A DNA stretch of 64,000 nucleotides from an uncultured virus (IMG/VR IMGVR_UViG_3300028048_001604) (Duplodnaviria > Heunggongvirae > Uroviricota > Caudoviricetes). Where the stretch lies: the IMG/VR virus record IMGVR_UViG_3300028048_001604. One strand, written 5' to 3'. Positions 40,809 through 49,683 of this stretch are shown in pieces. The notes beneath the pieces were generated by a model, which was not told the DNA's origin, searched no databases, and saw only the letters and a program-made list of their open reading frames with translations. Positions within the stretch are counted from its first letter, which is position 1. Every line of letters starts with the position of its first letter. The position numbers and the translations under genes are program-made.

Positions 40809-41725
40809 TATTGCTCCTCCTCGTCAAAACTAAACTTACCTATATTTTCAAAATCTTCCTTTACATTTTCACCTTCAAAATCAAACTCATTTGATTCAAC
40901 AAACTCATCCATAGACTTGTCAGACCTGAAACGCTCAAAGTCTGCTAACACCCCGTTGAATTCTTGGTATGCTAAATTACTTCTGCCTTTTACATCTTCA
41001 TAGAGAACACATTCAGCTGGGTTGAACATGATACCCTGGTTTATCCAAAAGTTTACCAAGGTGTTTATGTCTGTCTCGTAATCAGTATTAGTCTTACAAG
41101 TTAATACCCTATAATTCTTTACTGAAGATGTAATTCGATAAGGAATTACATATAGATATAAATAGTTACCATTCTTTAGACTTAATTGATAGCCTGTATA
41201 ATAAGTACGCAATTTATTCCAAGATAAGACTAGAGCAGTTTGATTCTCTAGGTACAGGTACTTCCTCGGAATTATATAAATATACTTATAACTTCTAGTA
41301 CCATCCGCATTAGTTTTCTCTAGGTAATCTACATAAACAAGCGAGTCTTTATTTTTAGGAGTGTATCTGTTCGGTACCCCTATTTTGGTGTTGCTTACTA
41401 CTGCCAAACACTTATGTGGTAGAATTACATCCTCTAGCAGATAATTACCGTCTTTATCCTTCATAAATTCGCCTTTATAGTCAAACTTACGTCTGTTAAG
41501 GGCTCCTTTATTCCATAAAAGAACCTCGGTATCGTTAAGCTTACCAAAGTATTCATCATCGATACCGTGTATGGCTACTTTATCATGTACCACTGCACCA
41601 GTAAATTTAGACTGCAATTCATTTGGAATTGGTACTTCGTCTAAAGCATGATACCCATTGTAGCCTTTTAGCATCTGCATCATCTGATTAAACTCTTTAT
41701 AAAAGATTTCCTCTAATGTAGCCAT
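40808..41725 (-). CDS. Hypothetical protein
   Basis: AAGGAG RBS; 305 aa. Confidence 0.75.
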   Translation of the reverse strand: MATLEEIFYKEFNQMMQMLKGYNGYHALDEVPIPNELQSKFTGAVVHDKVAIHGIDDEYFGKLNDTEVLLWNKGALNRRKFDYKGEFMKDKDGNYLLEDVILPHKCLAVVSNTKIGVPNRYTPKNKDSLVYVDYLEKTNADGTRSYKYIYIIPRKYLYLENQTALVLSWNKLRTYYTGYQLSLKNGNYLYLYVIPYRITSSVKNYRVLTCKTNTDYETDINTLVNFWINQGIMFNPAECVLYEDVKGRSNLAYQEFNGVLADFERFRSDKSMDEFVESNEFDFEGENVKEDFENIGKFSFDEEEQ

Positions 41726-41808
41726 TGTCTAACTCCTTCAAAATATCTTTATTAATAAGCCATAGGAATATAGAACTGTACTGAATTTTGCCCTTTTACA
41801 TATATCAT

Positions 41809-43575
41809 TTACAAGTCCTCCAAAAATGTGTCACTGTCTAACACTTGCATTTCACTAGTATAAAACGTGTCTGCAATACCCTGAAATAGAGTTTCTAGTG
41901 GGAAAAATACTACCGTTCCTGCATTAATATTAAAATTTGCTATACCTAAGACTACTCTGCCCTTGTCTACCATTAATGACAGGTAGTTTAACATAGACAT
42001 ATTACGATTATGATACCAATCTAAAGTCCCGAAGTTTCCTGTTAATGCGGTTGAAACAATATGAGTACAGTCTACCCATTCTTTTCCATCTTTAATTGAG
42101 AAACGTAAACCATCTTTTTTACTTTTACCTACATGAAACTTAAATTTGATGTCTGTTGCTGGTAAAGTATCTGTCTTGCGTACTAACCAAACTTTAGCAT
42201 TTTGGTTTTTAATACTGCCAGATAATTTCATCTTTAGAACCTGACTTGCTAACTTCTTTGTATCAGCCTCAATAGATGCTCTATATAAATCTATATCAAA
42301 ATCATGCAAGCACGATATACCTAATTCTTCATAAATATGTTTAAGGTTGTCTCCATTGAAATAGTTATATGGAGATACTTCGCCTGTTAATGTGTCTAGT
42401 ATATCTATTGTACCGTCATCATTAATATTCTTCTTATAACGCAGATACTTCGTTACATAAGCATGTCTATCATCTCTAAATGTTATAGTCTGTATGAAAT
42501 CATAATGTGGGTCGCCAAAATAAAGTACCCCATCACACTGTCTGCAATAATATGTGTCGTCAGAGATTCCTACCTCATATGAATGCGTATTTAGAAAATG
42601 TTCTCCGTAAGAAGTATCTTGAAAATACATTCTATTAGATGTTAAATTTCTATATATCCGCAACGCCTTATGCTTTCGATAATCTTCGTGTTTTATGAGT
42701 GCGTATGTATTACCATCATATTTTATGGTATCTAATAACTCTGGAATATAAGAGTAGTCTTCTTCATCTACAACCGTATCTAGACAAAAATCTGTATCAA
42801 ATACAATAGATTCTTTTAATACCCCCTTTGCATAAAACTCATAAGTATTTGGAATACCCTTGCATTTACCAGCGTAATCAATCTTTAATACGTCTACTAA
42901 ATCCTCTAAAGTTTTATCATCGCTACAAAAACTGCAACAACCACCTCTAGACAATACCACAGAGTGTTCTGTTATCATTTGTATGTCAACACTTACTGAA
43001 TTAGCATGCTCAGAATGCCAATGCTGCCTCTGTATATCTAGGCATACGATACTTGTAGGTAACATCTCTACCTTAAAAATTATATCGTCACATATAATCA
43101 ATGCACCTCGTCTGAACTTGAAGTAGTTTGTATACGTTTCTTTATCTGTGATTAATTCAGTATTATGCCCTTCTATTCTATTATTGTTGTACCAATACTT
43201 AATAGTACATTGTATTGCACTAGTTATAAGATTAAATGGACTAATAACAAGATACCCACCTAATGCTATACTGATTTCTGGTCGCATATCTGTTTCCATT
43301 ATAGGAGTAGTGTATAAGGCTCTATATGTCTCCCAATCGTCTGGAGTTACCTCAGCAAATGTTAATACATCATTAACATCATCATAAAATAAACCTGCTA
43401 TCTCCAAGTCTGGGTTTGATAAATATAGCTGATGTAACTGCTCATATGTATACCCCTTTGTTTTGCCATCTTTGGTATTACAAATCTCAATATTATCATA
43501 TATGAAATTAGATGCATAATTACGTGGATTGATTGCATGGATTACTTTAAATCGTGCTTTTTTTACAAAATACAT
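41809..43575 (-). CDS. Hypothetical protein (588 aa)
   Basis: AAGGAGGTG RBS; extended -10 TGcTATAAT at 43598-43606. Confidence 0.75.
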   Translation of the reverse strand: MYFVKKARFKVIHAINPRNYASNFIYDNIEICNTKDGKTKGYTYEQLHQLYLSNPDLEIAGLFYDDVNDVLTFAEVTPDDWETYRALYTTPIMETDMRPEISIALGGYLVISPFNLITSAIQCTIKYWYNNNRIEGHNTELITDKETYTNYFKFRRGALIICDDIIFKVEMLPTSIVCLDIQRQHWHSEHANSVSVDIQMITEHSVVLSRGGCCSFCSDDKTLEDLVDVLKIDYAGKCKGIPNTYEFYAKGVLKESIVFDTDFCLDTVVDEEDYSYIPELLDTIKYDGNTYALIKHEDYRKHKALRIYRNLTSNRMYFQDTSYGEHFLNTHSYEVGISDDTYYCRQCDGVLYFGDPHYDFIQTITFRDDRHAYVTKYLRYKKNINDDGTIDILDTLTGEVSPYNYFNGDNLKHIYEELGISCLHDFDIDLYRASIEADTKKLASQVLKMKLSGSIKNQNAKVWLVRKTDTLPATDIKFKFHVGKSKKDGLRFSIKDGKEWVDCTHIVSTALTGNFGTLDWYHNRNMSMLNYLSLMVDKGRVVLGIANFNINAGTVVFFPLETLFQGIADTFYTSEMQVLDSDTFLEDL

Positions 43576-43645
43576 ATCCGCACCTCCTTTTACAAATATT
43601 ATAGCACTATACCTTTAGATTGAAAGTACAAAAAAAATAAAATAA

Positions 43646-43670
43646 AAGCCTTGTTATAAAAACAAGGCTT
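43646..43670 (-). terminator. Intrinsic terminator after the exonuclease gene
   Basis: aagccttgtt/aacaaggctt stem followed by a long U-rich tract. Confidence 0.75.
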
Positions 43671-43679
43671 ATGCTTATA

Positions 43680-44813
43680 TTATTTAGGGTATGGTAGATG
43701 AATTTTGAGTATAGAAACTGCCTGTTGCAACTTACCCCATTCATAAGGTTTAATCTCGGCTTTTACCCTAGCTGGCATCCTATTATACCCATCTGGTAAA
43801 CCTGTAAACGCACCATTGAGATTTACCCCGTTATATACAAAACGTATATGCTCAATTACCTCTGGCTCTAGATATTTACCTAGTACCTGACAGATTTCTG
43901 TTAACTTTGCAGGTTCGTTGTATCTGTACTTAACGAAACGAGTCTTCTCTTCGTCAGATAACGAATTGAAATACTCCTCAGAAATATCTAAACCCGTACG
44001 AATATCCTGAGGAATTGGTTGTGCAGTATCATATCTGAATAAATTCTTAATGTCTACCCCATCACGAATCATATCTTCTACAAGGTTATTGAACTTTGTA
44101 GGGGTAAACTTTGGATAGCCTGCAATATTATCTGCCTTCTTACCCCTGAGCAACTTCTTTAGTAGTACGCAATTATAAGGTACGCTTAAATTCTTAAACT
44201 CTGTTAAGTCTTCTACAATAGATTCGTAGTTTGCAGGAGTTACCTGAACATAGTGACGCTTTTCTAGGTCTTTTGATTCTGCCCAAGTATATTTTCTACT
44301 TGTTAGGAAAACTGATACCTGTTCATCAACTAGAGGTAGTAAATCTTGGTCTCCTGTTACAACATCAATAGGTGTATTAGGATAAAGCTCTTTTGCTCTA
44401 TCTACTGCTGCTTTTACAAGGTCATCTGCCTCATACTTTTCATGACTGAGTACTGCGATACCCCCTTGATTTAGCAGTTTTGCAGTCCAGTTAATTGAAG
44501 TATAAAACTCGTCATTCTGCGAAACTCTTGTACCCTTGTAGCCTGCCCCTACTTCTTTGCTACCCTGAGCAAAATAAGTCTTTCTTGAACGACCACAACC
44601 TCTAGAATCGAAACAAACTACTGTAGGGTTGTTACCATAGTCTGACCATCTTACAATGGTTTTAACTACCCCATCAATCAGTTTAGTTGGTACAACCTGT
44701 TGAGTAAAACCGCCTGCACCATTTGGCACCATAACTGTTGCAGTTAAATTAGCTGGGTTGCCATACTGCATCTTGTAGAAGATATGCGTAACGTCAACAA
44801 TTAAAACTCTCAC
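43680..44813 (-). CDS. Stand-alone 5'-3' exonuclease/flap endonuclease (PolA N-terminal-like); start refined to GTG 44813
   Basis: VLIVD, VCFD, YKGTR, YEADD, VTGDQDL, GKKADNIAG motifs; GAAGGAGG RBS. Confidence 0.88.
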   Translation of the reverse strand: MRVLIVDVTHIFYKMQYGNPANLTATVMVPNGAGGFTQQVVPTKLIDGVVKTIVRWSDYGNNPTVVCFDSRGCGRSRKTYFAQGSKEVGAGYKGTRVSQNDEFYTSINWTAKLLNQGGIAVLSHEKYEADDLVKAAVDRAKELYPNTPIDVVTGDQDLLPLVDEQVSVFLTSRKYTWAESKDLEKRHYVQVTPANYESIVEDLTEFKNLSVPYNCVLLKKLLRGKKADNIAGYPKFTPTKFNNLVEDMIRDGVDIKNLFRYDTAQPIPQDIRTGLDISEEYFNSLSDEEKTRFVKYRYNEPAKLTEICQVLGKYLEPEVIEHIRFVYNGVNLNGAFTGLPDGYNRMPARVKAEIKPYEWGKLQQAVSILKIHLPYPK

Positions 44814-44852
44814 TAATAAGCCTCCTTCTATGTGCTCTTTTAATATACATAT

Positions 44853-44881
44853 ATTATACCACAAAATAAGACCTTTGTCAA
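44853..44881 (-). promoter_or_regulatory. Sigma-A promoter TTGACA-17-TATAAT
   Basis: The minus strand reads ttgaca aaggtcttattttgtgg tataat; the -35 lies within an inverted repeat at 44868-44910. Confidence 0.85.
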
Positions 44882-45040
44882 TACTATCTTCATAGTTTAA
44901 CAAAGGTCTTTATAATATAGTAAAATTTCTATCTAAAGATAAAGGTCTTAATGCTACCCCTTATGACTAAAAATTAAATCAAGATGTCTGTATAAGATTA
45001 ACGTCATCTTTGATACTTTAATTATAAAGCAAAAGCAGAC

Positions 45041-46096
45041 TCAGTAGTTTAACTGATTAGCATATTTGTTTATAAGATTAACTAAATATTTTTCAACTTC
45101 TCTTTTATCCTTCAGTTCAAAGTATTTAACATTACTAGAATCATCAAATCTAACATCTAACATAAACTTATTTTTAACATCATTATAAAGAACACCATAA
45201 TATGGATATACCCCATCTACTTTCTTAAGGCTTATAAGATTAACCCATAAACCGTATTCATCATCCATTCTTTCTGCCTCATACTCTATATGGGTTCTAC
45301 TATAAACATCAGTTATAACACTTGTAATTATATCTTTAGCAACTTTAGGACTTATTGCTCTAGAATTTGCAAATACTAAATTAGGTAAACTAGTTATTGT
45401 GATACTCTTAATATCTGACTGCTTCAAACAATCTGCCCAACCTCGATTATTGTAAGTAGTTGCAAAAATATCACCATTTACTACCCATCTATCAGATAAA
45501 TTAGGTTTACCATTTGGTAACTTGGCACAAACTACAAAATCGCCCTTACCATGACTTATACCTACCCCATTGATGTTTAAAACTGCACCCCAAGAAGTCT
45601 GAATCTGACCTTTCTGTGCACTAGGTACAAAACAAGCCATATTTTGTGCTGCCATAGCTTGAGGTGATGTTCTAACTAAAGTCCAATCTAAAAGACCATT
45701 TTTCATTCTTTGACCGAAAGATTGTTGATTAATCTGTAAAGGTTGCCCACCTTGTAAGAAATTGTAAGTCTTAGCTAACTTATCTGGACTTATAACCCAC
45801 ATTTCTCCTACCGTACCACAAAGTACAAAAGGAGTAGCATCAGTAACTGCATAAGCTCTACCCTGAGCTATTAGCCGTTGTAACTGAGCAAGCATAGACG
45901 AATTAGACTTTTGCATTTTTTCAACTTGTTTCGCTGTGAAATAAGTCTTACCACCTAACACCTTAACTACATCAGCTTGTTCTAACTTATTTATTACAAC
46001 TGTATTCTTAGGTGGCATACAAACATAAATCTCATATTGCTTTTTTGAGCAATTTTTATAATTACTAGGGTTGTTAATATCTACAAAAGTACGCAT
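45041..46096 (-). CDS. Hypothetical protein with duplicated PGDYG-like motif; immediately downstream of the structured array
   Basis: FVLCGTVGEMWVISPDKLAKTY and GDFVVC...DRWVVNGDIFATTY resemble the GD.II....GE.YP....IF..TY family; AAGGAGGT RBS. Confidence 0.7.
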   Translation of the reverse strand: MRTFVDINNPSNYKNCSKKQYEIYVCMPPKNTVVINKLEQADVVKVLGGKTYFTAKQVEKMQKSNSSMLAQLQRLIAQGRAYAVTDATPFVLCGTVGEMWVISPDKLAKTYNFLQGGQPLQINQQSFGQRMKNGLLDWTLVRTSPQAMAAQNMACFVPSAQKGQIQTSWGAVLNINGVGISHGKGDFVVCAKLPNGKPNLSDRWVVNGDIFATTYNNRGWADCLKQSDIKSITITSLPNLVFANSRAISPKVAKDIITSVITDVYSRTHIEYEAERMDDEYGLWVNLISLKKVDGVYPYYGVLYNDVKNKFMLDVRFDDSSNVKYFELKDKREVEKYLVNLINKYANQLNY

Positions 46097-46116
46097 AAAT
46101 TACCTCCTTCATCCAA

Positions 46117-46633
46117 ATAGTTAACCTGCATTTACTGGGAGTTTTATCAACGTAATTTATTTTTACTCTTTATTAAGGTTATTCTTACTATCTAGTAGTA
46201 AAAACTCAAGTATATTCCACCGTTTGATAGACATATGGTAAATGCAGGAAACTACCTGATTTCGGGGATACTTGCGTACCCCCTATAACAAGTTGAAAAT
46301 TGGAAAACGTTATAGCAACTCACTGACGTGAGGGGCTACCTGTTTTGGGGTACAGATGATGTACCCCAATCTGGAAAGGAAAAATTGAACAGTTGAAACT
46401 GCCCTGCTAATGGAGTTTCGCCTCCTACAATGGGGCTCCGACTGAGTTATATAGTAACTCACTTACGTGAGGAACTACCCGTTTGAAGGGAGTATTTCTA
46501 CCCCCTTCACAGAAAAAGAGGACTCACAAATATAGCAACTCACAAATGTGAGGAACTACCTTGTCTCTTAGGGTACTTGCGTACCCTAGATGAAAGAAAG
46601 ATGCAACCACAAAAATGGGAAACCTCGACTACA
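46117..46633 (-). ncRNA. Putative structured RNA: four tandem double-hairpin units with variable spacers (unknown class)
   Basis: Hairpin A (GGG(G)UA(C)-loop-(G)UACCC; GCAA/GAAA loops) at 46569-88, 46484-509, 46345-69 and 46264-83. Hairpin B (GGUAG..CUCAC-N4-GUGAG-UU-RCUAUA) at 46531-60, 46450-79 and 46311-40, with an expanded copy at 46117-256. G-U pairs and GNRA loops occur on the minus strand only. Confidence 0.75.
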
Positions 46634-46639
46634 AGATAT

Positions 46640-46668
46640 ATTATACACCCAGTCTTGAATATTGTCAA
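46640..46668 (-). promoter_or_regulatory. Perfect sigma-A promoter TTGACA-17-TATAAT driving the array
   Basis: The minus strand reads ttgaca atattcaagactgggtg tataat. Confidence 0.88.
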
Positions 46669-46705
46669 CAATATCTCTAAAAAATTTAAAATTTCTGGGT
46701 GCTAA

Positions 46706-48964
46706 TTATTTGGTACTATCGTCTTTTGTTGTAGTACCCTCGGAAGTTTCACTCGTTGTATCGTCTTTTGTAGTACCATCGGTTGTTTCATTTGTTGTAC
46801 CGTCTTTAGAGCCTTCTTCTGCAGCAGTACCATCTTGAGAACCTTCTTCCGTAACAGTACTGTCTTGAGAGCCTTCCCCTGTTGTCATACCCTCTTTCAG
46901 ACTTCCGTCGCTATTATACATTTCAGAATTTCCTGTAAATTGCTTAAATGCAGAATAACTAGGAATGTCTCCAGTACCTGCTAGAATCTGGAAATATACG
47001 AAAGGATATTCTCTAGCAAAATCTCTACCCCAACATACGTATTTCTGGTCTAGTGTGGTAGACGCATCCCAATCGTTCATAATTACAGACGAGTTTCCGT
47101 TAATAGTTACAGTATCTGAGAAACCATAAAGCGTTCCTGTTCTAGCACTAATATTACTATTATCGTCTGCTAGACACAATTCTGTTCGCTTTAAGATAAT
47201 AGGGTTAGCCTCAAGGTTCTCTACCTCAATCTCATACGTAATAAGTTGAACTACTGAATCAGTTGTAAAGCCTCTATTTCTACCATCTATCTGCTCGGCA
47301 TAGGTAATAGCGTCTTTGCCTGTCCAATACCCCTTCATTGTAATACGTACATCATGGAATACCCCATTTACATCCTGAGCTTTGGTAATGATAGAAGTAC
47401 CAACTCCTGCAGGTGCCTCTTTCTTTCCATTACCTGACTGCTCTACTTTACTACCATTTCCTTTATAAGAAGTACTTATGTAATGAGTACCTACTAGATT
47501 ATAGAGTAATAACTGCTCTGGCTCCCATGTGGCGTCAACTTCACGTTGTTTGGTTACAGTATCCTCAACCTGTTCAGCTGGCTGAATCCAGTCTGTACCG
47601 TCATCATTCTTTACAGAATAATATCGTACTTTTAGAGAGCCGTCTTCATTGTATTGAATATTGCCTGCTTCGTCATATTCATACCAAGGCTCCCATAATG
47701 ATTTATTCTTAACAAAATGACCACCTGCATAACGATTATGCTCAGCATCCCAATACCCACCATCTGCAAAGAATCTTTCTTCAAATTTAGCTTTCCAAGA
47801 ATCATACTCAGGGTTATGTACCATTTCTGTTGTTTGATAATCTTCCATCTTTTTGCCTGTCCAGTCAACAATAACCTGACCGAAAGCATCCTCAAAATTA
47901 TGAAAATCATCAGAACCAAAAAGTAAATCATCTAGTTTAGAATCATCTGCTAAATTTACATTTAAGTCAACAGTTTTTGTTGGAATCTCTTTGAGGTCTG
48001 ATACCCATTGGAACATAAGGTCTGCTACTTCATCCTTATAAGTATAGTCTGTTTCAGCATACTTTGCAGATTTATACAACATTTTTATATTTTTACTATC
48101 AGATTTACACTGCTTTGCTAAAGCATTATAGTCTGGTATAGTAATTTTGTTTGTTGTAACATTTGTAGTACTGCCTATCTTCTTTAAGAAGTCTTCACGT
48201 ACAGTATTTGCGTTTACCCAAGACCACTCTTGTGCTAAATATGAGTCTCCGTTTTTTGAACCTATAACTGCATCGAGTGATTTTGCGTTATACCCATGTA
48301 AAGCTGAGTTTAAAGAACTATAATCCGTTGTTTGTACTACCTGTTTTGGCTTAAACTTTTTGATAGCATATTTTGCACCAAATAAGCCTGCTACAATAAC
48401 TATAATAACTATTAGGAATATTAGCAACTTCGATTTTTTCTTTTTAGGTTTGCTACCCTTAATGTTCGGAGTGATACCCTGCCTGCGTAAAAGTACAAAC
48501 TTATTTTGCATAGTCTCCTGTACAAAACCTAGAGATACAAGGGCTTGCCATGAGTCTGCGTTCAAACCATACCCGTATAGAGTACCCTGTAAATTCTCTA
48601 CCATACTTTTCATAATACCGTGATTACGATAAGTAGGTTCTGCCCATGCGCTATGAATTACAATACAGTTATCTTCGTATGCGTCTAAACCAAATGGATA
48701 GATACCATATACTTTATTTACAAGTTTAGGCTTGTATGCTAACATAAAACCTATCAACTTGTTATCTACAAATGCACCATAGGAAATACCCTGATTGATG
48801 ATAGAGGGTAGCTCAGTCTTGACAGAATTAAAAAGATACACCTTTTTCTGTTTTTTATCCATAGTATCTGGAAATGGAAGTATGTCAGCATAAGTACCGA
48901 CATACATATTTCCAACTGTATTCATATCATTGTACGTTAATACGCGTATTTGCAACTCTGACAT
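46706..48964 (-). CDS. GNAT-acetyltransferase-like domain fused to a TM helix and large extracellular region
   Basis: YGAFVDNKLIGF and AWAEPTYRNHGIMKSM (acetyl-CoA motif A) plus LGF; then KKKKSK and a TM helix; T/D/E-rich C-terminal repeats. Confidence 0.7.
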   Translation of the reverse strand: MSELQIRVLTYNDMNTVGNMYVGTYADILPFPDTMDKKQKKVYLFNSVKTELPSIINQGISYGAFVDNKLIGFMLAYKPKLVNKVYGIYPFGLDAYEDNCIVIHSAWAEPTYRNHGIMKSMVENLQGTLYGYGLNADSWQALVSLGFVQETMQNKFVLLRRQGITPNIKGSKPKKKKSKLLIFLIVIIVIVAGLFGAKYAIKKFKPKQVVQTTDYSSLNSALHGYNAKSLDAVIGSKNGDSYLAQEWSWVNANTVREDFLKKIGSTTNVTTNKITIPDYNALAKQCKSDSKNIKMLYKSAKYAETDYTYKDEVADLMFQWVSDLKEIPTKTVDLNVNLADDSKLDDLLFGSDDFHNFEDAFGQVIVDWTGKKMEDYQTTEMVHNPEYDSWKAKFEERFFADGGYWDAEHNRYAGGHFVKNKSLWEPWYEYDEAGNIQYNEDGSLKVRYYSVKNDDGTDWIQPAEQVEDTVTKQREVDATWEPEQLLLYNLVGTHYISTSYKGNGSKVEQSGNGKKEAPAGVGTSIITKAQDVNGVFHDVRITMKGYWTGKDAITYAEQIDGRNRGFTTDSVVQLITYEIEVENLEANPIILKRTELCLADDNSNISARTGTLYGFSDTVTINGNSSVIMNDWDASTTLDQKYVCWGRDFAREYPFVYFQILAGTGDIPSYSAFKQFTGNSEMYNSDGSLKEGMTTGEGSQDSTVTEEGSQDGTAAEEGSKDGTTNETTDGTTKDDTTSETSEGTTTKDDSTK

Positions 48965-48976
48965 TTAACCAACCTC

Positions 48977-49672
48977 CTAAAAATTCAAACTGCCTAAAAG
49001 GTCATTGATAGAGTCTACCGCTGATTCTTTGTTATCCTCTTCGACAGTTGGTTGTGTTACTGTAGGTTCTTCTTTGACAGGTTGTGCTACTTCTGTTTCA
49101 ACTGACGGCGTTCCAGCTTCAACTTTAGATGGCTCAGTTTCGTCTGCAAATAAATCGTCAGACATAGCTGAGATTACAGCTGTCTCTACCGTTTTATTGC
49201 CACTACCCTGCATACTATCGAGCAGTTTACCCAACTTTTCGTCTAGGATATTATTCAATTCCTCGACAGTTACATAATGAGGGTTTGTAGTTTGAATACC
49301 CAAAGTAAGCTGAGCCTGTGGCTGAGTTTGTGGTTTAGCCTCAGTAGAAGCAGTAGGTGTCTCTACATCGTTCATAATGTCTTGAATGTTTACTACCCCA
49401 TCTGCTAACTGAGCCTTTGCTTGTTGCAGAGCCATCTGCTGTGCCATGATACTTTGATTTATCATCTGCACGGATTGAATAAAGGCTGAATCGTCTTCAG
49501 AGCCTTCCTCATACCCATCTATTGCTCCTGCTACTGTATCATCATTGAGATAAGCCTGTAACATCTTACAAATAAATACACTAATAGACCTATCAGAACA
49601 TTTCTCGCAAACTAAATCGTACACATCACGCATTTCGTCTGGAATCTGTAAACTAATCTGCTTTCTAAACAA
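48977..49672 (-). CDS. N-terminal ribbon-helix-helix-like DNA-binding protein (ParR-like adaptor candidate)
   Basis: KQISLQIPDEM...RSISVFICKMLQAYL beta-alpha-alpha pattern; disordered acidic tail; in the parM operon. Confidence 0.55.
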   Translation of the reverse strand: MFRKQISLQIPDEMRDVYDLVCEKCSDRSISVFICKMLQAYLNDDTVAGAIDGYEEGSEDDSAFIQSVQMINQSIMAQQMALQQAKAQLADGVVNIQDIMNDVETPTASTEAKPQTQPQAQLTLGIQTTNPHYVTVEELNNILDEKLGKLLDSMQGSGNKTVETAVISAMSDDLFADETEPSKVEAGTPSVETEVAQPVKEEPTVTQPTVEEDNKESAVDSINDLLGSLNF

Positions 49673-49683
49673 TTTTTATCACC

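Noticed and set aside
44814..44903. ORF-track N-terminal extensions (exonuclease; similarly parM 53531-53566 and the acidic protein 33567-33602)
   Set aside because: They overlap promoters or leaders; better RBS-supported starts lie downstream.
46370..46450. Plus-strand minigene (GAAAGGA-TTG AAC AGT TGA) or hammerhead-like CGAAAC segment
   Set aside because: No plus-strand promoter, structure favours the minus strand, and there is no CUGAUGA core.
46117..46633. CRISPR array interpretation of the repeat-spacer region
   Set aside because: Repeats are bipartite and degenerate, spacers range from about 21 to 80 nt, and no cas genes are recognisable in the window.
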